A stretch of 63,476 bases of DNA, filler included, from Perkinsus olseni (lineage: Eukaryota), in assembly GCA_013115125.1 (NCBI GenBank). It is 51 parts of 51 records of this genome, joined end to end, with 100 filler letters (N's around TTAATTAATTAA, not from the genome) between each part and the next. Parts side by side here need not be neighbours in the genome. Positions count along the whole stretch, not along the records: positions 10,273 to 11,447 come from JABANN010002061.1; positions 11,548 to 12,721 come from JABANN010002062.1; positions 12,822 to 13,995 come from JABANN010002063.1; positions 14,096 to 15,269 come from JABANN010002064.1; positions 15,370 to 16,542 come from JABANN010002065.1; positions 16,643 to 17,812 come from JABANN010002066.1; positions 17,913 to 19,077 come from JABANN010002067.1; positions 19,178 to 20,340 come from JABANN010002068.1; 43 more parts are not named here. One strand, given 5' to 3'. The notes beneath the pieces are model-generated. The model did no database searches. It was not told the DNA's origin and was given only the letters and a program-made list of their open reading frames with translations. Positions 11,417-23,357 of this stretch are shown piece by piece. The stretch's first letter is position 1; the number at the start of each line of letters is the position of its first letter. A program made the position numbers and the translations under genes.

Positions 11417-14095
11417 GAGGGGAGTTGATAGAACAGAAAACACCGGTNNNNNNNNNNNNNNNNNNNNNNNNNNNNNNNNNNNNNNNNNNNNTTAATTAAT
11501 TAANNNNNNNNNNNNNNNNNNNNNNNNNNNNNNNNNNNNNNNNNNNNGGCCATCGTAGTCACACACTGAAGGGCCTTCAGTGAAGGCGACAATAGGCTCG
11601 TAGTGCTGCCGACATGGCACATCCTCAGCATTCGAAGCCCAAGTTAGAACACGGGCTAGCGGTTATGGTTTTGCTTCTTCGTGCAACGAACCGGTACACC
11701 GTGCGTTGTCGCCCAGTCTATACCGGAATTGGAGACCGGCCTAAACTCGCTCGTAGTCTCGGTTTGTGCATTGTTCCGACGCGTTGGGTTTGGGTGGGCG
11801 GTAAAACGAAGAGAGTGACAACCCACGCATTTCCGCAGGGAAGCACAGAACTCTCTCCGTGAGCGAAGTTACGCTCGCTTATCACCAGAACACGAGTCCT
11901 TCTCAAAGTGACGGAAACATACTTGCACTACTGTCGACATTATGAGCTGCTAGTTGTGTGCTCTGTTGTCTCCTAGCGGCGCAGAGGAACCTGATACAAT
12001 CCTCTCGATGATGCTTCACCCGCGGCGAAGTCTACGCCTTTACTCGAGGATAATATTTTATCCCCAGTTAAAATCCGGAAACGAGAGACACGTCGCTCGG
12101 CCTCGTAGACGGGACAACGCATGCGTGCTAGCTTTTGCACTACCCGTGTTTCAGAGCCACCAGAGGCTGAGCCGAGCATCGGATGAGATGCGCCGCTTTG
12201 CTTGAACCATCTCTCCCACACCGAGCACAAGAACCGGTTCGATCTGCAGACCGCGCTTCGCACTTTGATGTTTCGCCCTTCGCGGCAGAAGGATCATCAG
12301 ATAGTCATCAACAGTGCGTGCGCAGTCTTCAGACCCGGTTCTTCATGGACAAGCACAGCTTGTCTCCAGACCCTGGTGTCTGGAGTGTGGAAATTTAACT
12401 AATCAGCAGTTTCCCCGACCAGCATGCATCATGATGCAGCATCATGATTTTCGCCGCACAATGATGCACTGTCTACATAACACAATGGAGCTGTGCTCAT
12501 ACAGTATGAGCACAGTATCTAGTATGAGTCATACTAGCTTCGCATTATCAACTCCATTCTCTCAACTATTCCACTTTCTATCTGCTCTATCTCGTTCACT
12601 ACGAGCCCAATCTACTTATGTTGTGTTCTACAACTACACCTGCTGCAACGAGATAATGCACTAGTCCTGTGTCTAACTATCTCTGTGATATTGAGATTGC
12701 TGGGAGATTTGCGCTCGTCTCNNNNNNNNNNNNNNNNNNNNNNNNNNNNNNNNNNNNNNNNNNNNTTAATTAATTAANNNNNNNNNNNNNNNNNNNNNNN
12801 NNNNNNNNNNNNNNNNNNNNNGGAGCGGAAGCGATTGCGTGCTGAGAGATTTGGAGCCAACTGATCTTATGGGCGTTTCTATGTCAGTACATTAAGAGGC
12901 ATCAGATATGCCAGAGATCGTAGTTTTGTGTTTAATAATGCCCTCGCTGGGGTTCGAACCTGCGCAACTTCGAATAGTAGTTCTCGTTTTTCACTATGGT
13001 TGAGACAAATCATATCGGTAATTCTGCTGAAGGAAGTGGCCCGCTGTAGCGGTCTCCGAAGACTATGCGTATTCTTATATGCGGTTGCTGGGATTTGATG
13101 CATACTGGTCATTTCAACGCGATCAGACAGGTAGTGGACGGGTGTTGGGATCGATCCGGGGACCTTTGGATTACTCTCAGGTATCAACTATTGCTCATGA
13201 GATTGAGAAGGAGAAGCAGTTGGAAGGGGAGGTGAGCGACTCGCGCTTTTCGCTACCATGGGATTAGTGAAATCGAAGATGCTCGTTCTCCTATTACCGC
13301 TCCTACCATGTTGTTGTTCATTCCTGTTTACAATCTAGGCAGTATGCACAATCTAGCGAGTGAGTATAACTATTCAAGTTAGGACAGCTCATACTACGAA
13401 CTCAAGGTCCACATGACTTCGGGGCCCTCGATATTGCGCGTACTGTGTAGTGTTTTTCTAGGGCATTGATACGTTTTGAATCGTCTACATTATAAGCGCA
13501 ATGGCCTCTCTCGAAGGACATGGTGTAATGGCAAGTGAGCACCCGATTGACGTGGAAGCGTGGAATAACGAGGAATCATGATTCGAGTACCTCCGATTCC
13601 TTTCTAGTTCGTAATTCTCAGACCGTCCACGTTGAAGTTGTGGCGGGTATCCATCCGAACAAGGAAATCCGTCGTGTGAAAGGCGGAGAGTTTGTCTGTT
13701 CTGAAGAGGAGAAAGAGGTAACAGTGGATAATTTCGTGGCGCGTGAAATGGAGTTTTTTTTCTGTGTAGACGATGCTGAGGGCTTGCAAGTGGGTGGATG
13801 ACATTGTGCACGACGTCCCTTATAAGCCTCTCACGGTGGAGTTCCTGGATAAGGTAGAAGCTTGGCAAAGGGTGGCGTTGAATTTCGTGGCGAGTGACGC
13901 TTCCTGAAATTCTGTGTTGAGAATCGGGGAGAATGAGCAACCCGAGATGATGATCGGAACTCCCAACCCCTTGATGGTACTCTGTCCGCCTTTGTNNNNN
14001 NNNNNNNNNNNNNNNNNNNNNNNNNNNNNNNNNNNNNNNTTAATTAATTAANNNNNNNNNNNNNNNNNNNNNNNNNNNNNNNNNNNNNNNNNNNN

Positions 14096-15267
14096 GCAGA
14101 ATAACCGCTTTCCCCCAGATACAGCACTCCTTTACCGTATCTACGCTCAGAATCCTCGGAACTGCTAGGCCTTCGGTGTAACAATCCATCGGCATCCACG
14201 TAGCAAATTCGCCCTAATCTAGCTAGAATATTCGCCTTCAATCCTAACTGCGACTTCGCTATATCGCCCTTCAAGTACAATCGGAATTGGCTCAACTCAT
14301 AGTCGACCTCTTGACATCTTCGAACACACTGAGCTACTATCTCCTCAAATCCTTCATCGCTCAACAACCCTTCATCATAGCGGCCATCTGGGGAGACAAA
14401 CTTCATTAAATCCTCCAGCTCCTTCGCACAACCCTCATTAAATCCTTGCACCGAAGGTAAATCAATTCCATCCACAGTCAGTGCCGTCACACCAACAAAT
14501 TCTTCACTATCGCCTTCATTCTCCTCAATCATCGTCTCCCTATGATCATAAACCACCTTAGAAGAATCGATCGCAGCTAACACTTCTTCCACCTTAATAC
14601 TTCTCCCAAAATCCAATCTAGCCCTAGTGATCGAATCAGCGAAATTCAACTCCGAAGGGATATGCTTTATGACACAATCCAGCTCCTTACACATACTCCT
14701 AATTTCTTCCAATCTCCTTCGCTCAGGGGCCGGTAATCTTTTGTCGTTCGCTACCCTCCTTAACCTATAAATCGTGATCTCGCTATCACACAATAACAAC
14801 ATGCTTCGGGCCTCGTAATCCGGTGATAGGTATAACAACGGTGCTTGAAGTGGCCTTAAAATAGTCGGAACCGGCAAATGGCTCGATACCGAACGAATAT
14901 ATTTAAGCCCTTGATGCACACCTACCAACTCTTTCCTTGGTATAGACCATGAGGCCTGCGTGGCGGGGAAAATACCCCCCTTAGCCATCAGCCTTATCGG
15001 CATATACACACCATTAGCCCGAACATCCACACCCCATGCGTCTATCGACGCATCGGTCGAAACTATAAGCGACTTCTCAGCCAAATCCACAAACCGATGG
15101 GTCCCTATGTCGCACGCCAACCGATGTGCTTCTTGAACCCATTGCTTCAACCTTGTGGTCAATGTTGCATCCAGCACGTCAGCCCAGTCCTTACTGACCT
15201 TGCAAATATCATGCCATAAGAACCTCCCTTGCATGTCTAGCTCCAACAATAATCCCATTGGATCATA
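14096..15267 (-). mobile_element. BEL/Pao-like LTR retrotransposon Pol: RT end + RNase H
   Basis: YDPMGLL...W...DW.D; VSTDASIDAWG; RLMAKGG; SIPRKEL; LCDSEI; HIPSELNFADSITR. Confidence 0.82.
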
Positions 15268-15370
15268 GANNNNNNNNNNNNNNNNNNNNNNNNNNNNNNN
15301 NNNNNNNNNNNNNTTAATTAATTAANNNNNNNNNNNNNNNNNNNNNNNNNNNNNNNNNNNNNNNNNNNNG

Positions 15371-15961
15371 GTCCTTCCCCGCTCGGGCCGCTACATTTGT
15401 GAGGTACCCCGCATAGAGCGAGGCCTCCGTCCACCAAGCTCTGTCAATCCCTACCTCACGAGGGCAAAAGCCCTGCTATCCGACCCTCAAGCTGTTGCGA
15501 GGTTCATGGCGGACGAGAAGGCCCGGACGGGGAGAAATCCCCCAAGATGCCCTATCTGCAAGCTCCCTGTGAGAGCCGACACGCATCCAATGCGCCAGGC
15601 TCAAGGAGTTCAGTCAAAGGCTTCCAGTTGTGGAATACGCTATTGTCCAGTCCAGCATCCAGATCTCGAAGCTTTCGACCGAGACATCTTGCCGAAGAAA
15701 CTCGCCGAAAGAGCTGACAAACTGGAGAAGTGTGGATTATGTGGGAAGTCCTTCGATGATGTTGAGGCTCTGCATCGCCTTCACCCTGATGCTCAAGGGC
15801 GAAGGAAAAATTTATTCCGGCATTGCCCAACTCGAGATCCTCCATTCGAAGATTGGTGCAAAGATGAATCCCTACTTTCCAAGCTGAAGGAGAGCGAACG
15901 AGCCAGGATGCGGAACTCGGCGAGGAAGTCGGTAGCATCATCTAAGCAAGCTTCCGGATAG
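15371..15961 (+). CDS. Cys/His-rich C-terminal fragment with two CxxC...H...CP modules (possible transposase tail)
   Basis: Frame open from contig edge; CPICK..TH...RYCP and CGLCG..LH...RHCP, followed by a basic tail. Confidence 0.5.
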   Translation, partial: VLPRSGRYICEVPRIERGLRPPSSVNPYLTRAKALLSDPQAVARFMADEKARTGRNPPRCPICKLPVRADTHPMRQAQGVQSKASSCGIRYCPVQHPDLEAFDRDILPKKLAERADKLEKCGLCGKSFDDVEALHRLHPDAQGRRKNLFRHCPTRDPPFEDWCKDESLLSKLKESERARMRNSARKSVASSKQASG

Positions 15962-16473
15962 GTGGGAAGTGAGAGTCCTGAAGCTTCTGCATAGCTTATT
16001 ATATACCATTATTACAGCTTAGGCTCTAATGACGAGAACTGAGAATATGCAAGTGGCAAACTGTTCACTACAGTAATAACCCATACGCTCTCGCTCGCCA
16101 TTTCTCTCTCCCTCAGATGGCAGGATGCCCTGCAGTCAGCTGCATCAATGAAGATTACCATTCCTAATGGCTCCATTAGTACACTCAGTACTCATTTGCA
16201 CTTCGAATTCTGCAGTCTTGCGTTGAGATCAGGATATAACGTTCCTTGGATCCGGTGGTAACTTCAATGCTAGTTCGTTTCGTTCCCGAGATGAACCGCG
16301 ACACTCGTCAAGCTATTGGGCGCATCAGTGGCTGGAAGGATTCCCAGGGCACCTCCGGCGTATATAGCTGGACTTTACAACTTCTTCTGTGCATTCTCTG
16401 CTTCATTACGAGCACAGCTCTGTACCTCACTCGCCGTGGTAGGGAAGCCTTGGAGAATCTCCGTCCTAGAGAC

Positions 16474-16542
16474 CTAGGCACACTCGCAGCAAAGCCGCTA
16501 GACGTGCGATCTCGAGTTAGGCATTCATTGTGTTGCGATGGA
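16474..16542. mobile_element. Terminus of a repeated element (copy 1), begins CTAGGCACACTCGC
   Basis: 68/69 nt identical to 36530-36598 with unrelated left flanks; both run into contig ends. Confidence 0.8.
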
Positions 16543-16642
16543 NNNNNNNNNNNNNNNNNNNNNNNNNNNNNNNNNNNNNNNNNNNNTTAATTAATTAANN
16601 NNNNNNNNNNNNNNNNNNNNNNNNNNNNNNNNNNNNNNNNNN

Positions 16643-17808
16643 AATCGACCAAACTCCTTCTGCTGATCAACGTCGCCAGATTGGAGGGCACGGATGATGA
16701 CCTTCAGAGAGGGCGAAGATGACTGAGCGTCGATAAACCGTTGACGAACCTCGGGAGGGATTGAAGGCACATCACTATTTCCTGATGGTGGGGGAACACT
16801 AGACCGACCACCGCGAGTAACCACATCTACGTCGTCTACCACCTTATTAGACGAGAAGATGTCATCATACTGATATTCCTGAACCAAACGTGACAACCCA
16901 TCAGCGCGCTGGTTCAAGCCTCCTTCAATCTTCTTATATCGGATGACAATACCACCATCGCTGAGTGCACAGAGCAATTCGTTGACGTTGTTCAATATCC
17001 TCTTAACCGACAAGCGCTCAGTAGTCTTAGTAGAAGTACGACCACGCCTGACCCAGTTTAAAACTACCGAAGAGTCACAGTTGAAGACGATAGTACGTAA
17101 CGGTGCCGGGGGGCTGGACCCCAGAGTATCAACGATCCATAACACCAGGCGAGATAAACTCACCAACTCCAGGCGATTAATATGATAAACCAACTGGGCT
17201 CCTTTCCAGGTTGTTGAACTCGCGGCCAACTCCCAACTCGGCAGATTCCCATCCATATCAGAGGCTGTCGAATTGTCGGTAGCAGACCCACAGATAGCCT
17301 GAACACACCAACCACCTCCGCACAACGACGCGTCCGAACAACAGACTAAGGAGGTAGGTGGACCAGCAACACTAACCGAATGCGAGCAAGGCGCACTAAG
17401 CAGCGATAACAGTCGTCGTAGGCAATCTCTAACCACACAATCTTCTCGATTCGTCAGAACCAAAGGCGAATCCCAAGAGGATTGCTTACTACCAGCGAGC
17501 CGACGAAGCAGATCTCCCAGAGCACGAAGCTCTGGATGCTGTAGTAGAATGTCATTACCAACACTCGCATGACCAGCAGCCGCGAAGAGCTCGCGCTTTG
17601 TCCATACAGACTGGGACAAAAGATCTTCTGAGAAGGCGGACTTGCAACAACGGAGCGACAGCACAGAGTCACTGATGGTCCACAACATCCCGAGGTGCTT
17701 GAACTCCTCACCATCCAACTCCTCAGAGTCTTTACATTTTTCAGGGGGAAAGACGAAACCGTAGAAATCGCCTGCTTTGCGTATCGCCTGCGCAAAACGA
17801 GGTAACAC
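16643..17808 (-). mobile_element. LTR retrotransposon Pol: RT thumb + RNase H (divergent, BEL/Pao-like layout)
   Basis: GFVFPPEK; FKHLGMLW; WTKRELF; SWDSPL; CSDASLCGGG; HINRLEL; CDSSVVLNW; NQRADGLSR. Confidence 0.85.
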
Positions 17809-17914
17809 CCCCNNNNNNNNNNNNNNNNNNNNNNNNNNNNNNNNNNNNNNNNNNNNTTAATTAATTAANNNNNNNNNNNNNNNNNNNNNNNNNNNNNNNN
17901 NNNNNNNNNNNNTT

Positions 17915-18004
17915 TGTGCCATCTTGGGTACCTTCGCTGCCGGCTTCAATATCTTCGGTGGTTTCTGGATCACCAAGCGCATGCTTGCCATGTTCCACCG
18001 ATAA
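17915..18004 (+). CDS. NNT: NAD(P) transhydrogenase, extreme C-terminus (alpha membrane segment)
   Basis: CAILGTFAAGFNIFGGFWITKRMLAMFHR-stop matches the conserved NIFGGF.VT.RML.MF motif of transhydrogenase alpha. Confidence 0.85.
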   Translation, partial: CAILGTFAAGFNIFGGFWITKRMLAMFHR

Positions 18005-18908
18005 ACGTTGTTAACTCAACAGCTATCCAAGGCTTCATTTAGTGTTGAGAGCCTCCTAACATGTCCGAGGCTCTCTTTCGACTTTTGGCCCTGATGTTAC
18101 TATTGCTTACATTGAGCGAGAGATCGATCGATATTGGAGGACTACAATTGGAGGAACTCTTTTTTGCACGACCCTCTTGGGGCCTTGCTTGAACATTCGA
18201 TTGTTGGATGCGTGCATTTGCTAACTTTTCCGGCATAAGTTTCTTGTTCCTGGCAGCCGGAATCCTTCAAGCTTATACAATCTGCGAAAAAGATCTTATT
18301 GTGTTGTTAGCAGTCAGCTTGACAGTTCCGGAGTGTGGTGAAAGCATCGGATGGGAAACATGGAAAAATGTGAGAATCATGATCATGCTACTCCGTGAAG
18401 GAGCCTCTTACGCTAGTCTGGTTGAAGCTCGCTTGGCCTGTGTTTTGAGGAGGATCGGTACATTTATCGAGCAATATGTCGGATCTACTTCCGCTCCATC
18501 GTATAGCGCCCCGGCATTCCGCCCTTCTTGTCCGGTTCAAGATAGGCGACATTCTTCTCCGTTAGGGCCTCTACGACCTTCCTCACCGTTTTATAGACAT
18601 CAATCACTCGGGAGCCTCCTCCTGTGAGAAGTCTGAGGGTGCCAAAGATTCTCTCGCGCTTAATACAACGTAAAAAGATACGTTCAGTAGACAACACAAA
18701 GCGGCAAGCTTTGGCTAGCTAGCAGTGGCGGGAGGCTTGTAAGCATCTTCATCGTCGCTAGTTGGACTGCTAGTTTTAACTCGTTAGAGGCATTTGAAGC
18801 TTCAAGAGTGGTGACGAAGTTTTTTGTCGCTTCTCCTCGCGATTATACTCTGGCACACCTTCGTGTTTTCAGGTCATTTTTGATCAGTACCGAATTTTTA
18901 GTTCAGTA

Positions 18909-19077
18909 ATGCGATTCTTCATTACCGCTGCATCGTGTGCCGTGGCCGCTGCTACCGAGTTGAGGGGAAGTCTTGCCGCTGGTGAGCTCCCTGCTATCCC
19001 GGATGAGAGTGTCGCCCACATCTCTATGAACGAAGCCGCCGTCGTTTTCGTCGGCATGTGCTTCATGTATGCCTTGA
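18909..19077 (+). CDS. Signal-peptide-bearing membrane protein, N-terminus
   Basis: MRFFITAASCAVAAA signal-like start, then hydrophobic AAVVFVGMCFMYAL; biased codon usage. Confidence 0.55.
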
Positions 19078-21856
19078 NNNNNNNNNNNNNNNNNNNNNNN
19101 NNNNNNNNNNNNNNNNNNNNNTTAATTAATTAANNNNNNNNNNNNNNNNNNNNNNNNNNNNNNNNNNNNNNNNNNNNAAGGCACACAATTTCATGGTTAA
19201 GGAAGTCAATTTCGCTGATAAGGACATCAATTTCGGGGGGCCAACTTGAGCCATACCGGAAATCTTCCCGCTGCTATTCTCAGATTGACACAACTGCGCG
19301 GCAGTGCATGACAGTATCTCACGGAATCCTTTGTGGGAATCATTTGTATCTGACAGCTTGGGGCTGCATTGGGTGGCTCAATTGAGGGCTCTTTATGGAA
19401 TAGGTTTGGGGGGAACAGTTGTACCATTAGGTCGTGGGTCGCACTGTCAGGCACTCGCAATGGCCAATTCCTAATTCTGGGTTCAATTTTACGTGGAACT
19501 TCAGTGGATACGTAGGTGCCTCTGAGTAGCGTTACTGAATTAACGATACCAGCTTCCCGCTCGGCCCGTCTGCGTTTTCGTAGGGGGTTGATCTCAGTAC
19601 ATACCTGCTCGTCGGTCCGATGCCGAAGCTGTTCCACGCTCGTCTGTGGTGTCGTTTTTCCGCTTTCACTAAATGGAGACCTTCATGGGAGCGAGTCTGG
19701 CCAGAGAACAAGAGACAAGTAACGAGCGTTATTCAATTTGGCTATCATATTAGACGCAGAGATGTGGTTGATGCTTTCCTCAATGCTGAGGATGAAGAAC
19801 AAGTTTGAGGCGGTATTGGCAGAGGAGATCCGCAGCCTGCATGAGCATTTGGATATTCCAAACAGCCGATGGTGAGACACGGAAGGATTGGAATTGTAGC
19901 CCGCTACTGGTGAGTTGAGGGAAAACGTTCGAGCAAGAATGAGGAGAATGCCGGGCCTTGCCGCTTTTTAGAAAGATTGCTACGGCTTTCTGAAGAGGGA
20001 CAGCGGCCTACCAGGAGTTATCGTTGACAAATTGGAAGAAAATCGACTTGAGGTGGGCGAAGCAGACGAGAATCTGTTGAAGCGTCAGCCAGTGCTGTAG
20101 GAGTTATCGAGTGGTGATGCTCACGCGAGGATCGCATTTCTGCAGAGTACGCTAACGCGCTTTGCGGAGGAGCGTTCGCTCTCTCTGTTCGGCAAGGGAG
20201 AATTGGAGATGGAAGTTTTGAAGCGGCAGAAATCTTGGTTGCAGGAGCAATTGCAACCTGCTGAAAATTCTATACCATTCAGAAATCTATTTGGCGGATA
20301 AGGCCGTAGCCTATTTGGGGGTCGAGGATCTCACGTTAGCNNNNNNNNNNNNNNNNNNNNNNNNNNNNNNNNNNNNNNNNNNNNTTAATTAATTAANNNN
20401 NNNNNNNNNNNNNNNNNNNNNNNNNNNNNNNNNNNNNNNNTGTCCTGTATGCTAACCGTCCATCACTGTCTCTTGCTGGCTTGCTCGAGAAATGCGATAA
20501 TCTCGTTCAGTCGCTGTGGTTGGCGGGCGAAGGAGCTGCACAAGCTCGTGCGTGCAAGTTGGCCAGCATTGTGACGCGACCGACTATGCCGTAGCGGAAA
20601 CAAGCCAAACACTGTAGAATAGTCTTTGTTCGACCAGCATCGGGCATGACCTGTAGCCGACATTTGTGACTTACAAGTTGCCCATCAGCAGTATTGCTGA
20701 TCTCGGTGATCTCATGCCCTTCAGTGACAAAGAGCTTCTGTCAACCGGAAAACGTATTCTTCCTTCCTATGTTCGTCGTGAGCTCCCCACAACCGCTCAC
20801 GGCGCCAAAATTTCCTAGTATGTCAAAACTTTTGCATTTTTGTCTCGCATTTTCAGTGAAAAAGTGAAACAGAACAAATGATGCAAGCGAACAAATAATT
20901 TGTGACAGATTCTGCTCCTTGTTGTCCTGGTTCGACCGTCGATGAAACCCTTTCGGATTTACTTCGGCAGAGAATGGTATAGTGATAAGCCTACACCACC
21001 CAAAACTGAACTCGTGGCATTGAAATATGAAGAAAGTGGTCAAGAAGTAGTAAGAATTACTAAATAAATCACTATGATTCGACCTACAGCGAGTCATCTA
21101 CGGCCCGATTAACTGAACGACTATTGAAACGGCCATCGCTCGGCCCGAGCAAAACAGAATAGAATCGGCCATGTCCCCGGGCCACATAAAAGATACGCTC
21201 AACTTGAGCGGCTCAAGCGATCCTCCTAGAAATACAATACTGATCCCCGATTAGCACCAGCAACTGCAGTAGCAACTATCAGCAAGTTGCTGACAGCAAC
21301 CTCGACACAGATTCTGTATTCCGTAACGCATAAAGTAAGAAGCATATGAAAGGGGAATTTTCTTAAACTAAACGCAGCCCACTCACACCGACAATTAAGT
21401 GCCACTCCGAGAGGGAAGCTGATGGCCCGTAGGGCTTGAAAAGGTGAAACAAAAGTCTAACAAAAGAAGACTCCGTCTAGGATTCTCCACCGTAGAACCC
21501 TCGATTATTCTACTTCGGTCAGAAGCTCAAAGAATCTGGTAAATAGTACAGAGCAGCATAAAGCAAAGAAGAGCAGCTGTCGACGGGCGTGTCCCAAATA
21601 ATNNNNNNNNNNNNNNNNNNNNNNNNNNNNNNNNNNNNNNNNNNNNTTAATTAATTAANNNNNNNNNNNNNNNNNNNNNNNNNNNNNNNNNNNNNNNNNN
21701 NNAAAGAGCTCAAGTCGCGAATCGATCAGCCGGGGAGGAGACACTCCTACCAGGCGACCCCCATCGTTGAGATCGATTCGAGACGACGAGGTCTCTTCCC
21801 ATGCCCATCGTAGTAGGGGGCAGAAGAGGCTGCTGTGCGGTTGAGGTTAGATTGAG

Positions 21857-22310
21857 ATGAATGAGCCACCGACGCTGGGCTGGTTACTGGCAGAATGGCA
21901 AGACTGGGGAGAGGAAGAAACACTGCGGGCTAAACCCACGGTGCCGCGGTGGAAAGGAGAGGGCGACATAGATGTGGCACGGTTGAAGCAAGATGCGTGG
22001 GCGGTCGCAGCGCGCAGTATCCGCCCAGTCACAGCGAAGACGTATGCGGTGAGGGTGCGGTCGTGGATCAGGTTCGCGGTCGAGTTGGCTAAAGCCGACA
22101 AGAGGACGCGGGCACCGATGCCAGCCAATCTACAGGAGAACCAGTACTGGATTACTAGCATAGGAAACGATGGGACCGCTAAGACGTACTTGATGGGGTT
22201 GGAGAAGGCGCATGATCTGCTGGGGTATGAGATTAACACGAGTAGCCCTATGCTAAGAGCAACGTCGAAGGGACTCGCAGCCGCCGCGACACCCAGGGGA
22301 AGAGAGCTCG
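21857..22310 (+). mobile_element. Tyrosine recombinase N-terminal (core-binding) region of a DIRS-like element, truncated
   Basis: ARSIRPVTAKTY..RVRSWIRF...GTAKTYLMGLEKAHDLLG...LRATSKG resembles the S+...T...Y...W..F / T+..YL.++...H pattern of retroelement YRs; catalytic domain absent. Confidence 0.6.
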
Positions 22311-23357
22311 TGTCGCGAAGCGAACAGCGAGAGAGAAGGCACTGCTTCCTGGCGGCCCCCAACGTTACTATCGAGTCGAGACCGAGCTCAACTGCCCAAT
22401 CGTGTGCATAAAAGCACGTAGAACGGGGACGAACATGACGGAACGTGACCAAATGATGGTGAAGACATTGTGGTGCGCCCCGGAGCTCCGGCGAAAAAAA
22501 CATGATGTGGTCTGGTGCAGCACTGCATGCGCAGAGAATGCTGCGAGTGATGGAAATCCCGGCCTGAGGCTGAGGTGAATCGTAGCTGTGTCGAAGCTGC
22601 TGGAGACACAGGAAAGCGATGGATCAGTGTCGCCCTCAGACTGGAGGAAACACTGACTGGGGGCTCCAGTCAGTCACTGGTGAGGTTGCGCGTTGATGCA
22701 AATGTCGCGCCGAGAATCGGAACTGTAGCATAGGCAAGTGGCGAGCGCAGAGGTTCCCTGGCAGTACTACGGCACGAAGCACCGCATGGTCGCTTCATGG
22801 TGTCACGCAAGCGACTCCGCTCACGCTGGGAACGAGGAGCCGCTGACTAGCGAGATTAACGAGNNNNNNNNNNNNNNNNNNNNNNNNNNNNNNNNNNNNN
22901 NNNNNNNTTAATTAATTAANNNNNNNNNNNNNNNNNNNNNNNNNNNNNNNNNNNNNNNNNNNNAAGACCGTTATCTCGGCGGTGTCGGCTCAAGAGCTAT
23001 TGGTTCTACATGGTCATTGCTAACTCATCCTTTGGTTTTGATACTGTGGGCTTCACACGCGGTGAATATCACGCCCAAAGCCGATACTTTCTAGTTGCGA
23101 CATCGACATTTTCTCAACTTCGCCGCGTATCAATCTTTCCCGTATATCTTCCACTTGTCGTGTTATTGGTTGTCAATTCCACCCGGGGTTTAAGCTTATG
23201 TCTCAGTTGAATAAGAGCATCTACTGCAGTAATCGCAGTACTGATTTCTCACACCACTTGCACCACACTATCCCAAACATATCATCACAGTAAGTGCCGG
23301 TCTGTTCCGCTACTTTTGTGTTTCCATGCCATGTCGTTTTCTTCTTTCACAGACACA

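Noticed and set aside
12939..12972. GGTTCGAACC tRNA T-loop-like motif on the minus strand
   Set aside because: T-stem pairs at only 2 positions and no matching acceptor, D or anticodon arms are present.
20304..20326. CCGTAGCCTATTTGG resembling the dinoflagellate/Perkinsus spliced leader
   Set aside because: Lacks the CTCAAG end and is explained by a local LFGG coding duplication (CTATTTGG twice).
22967..22994. ACCG...GGCTCAAG, spliced-leader-like
   Set aside because: Middle does not match, and it reads as the end of an ORF (KTVISAVSAQELLVLHGHC-stop).
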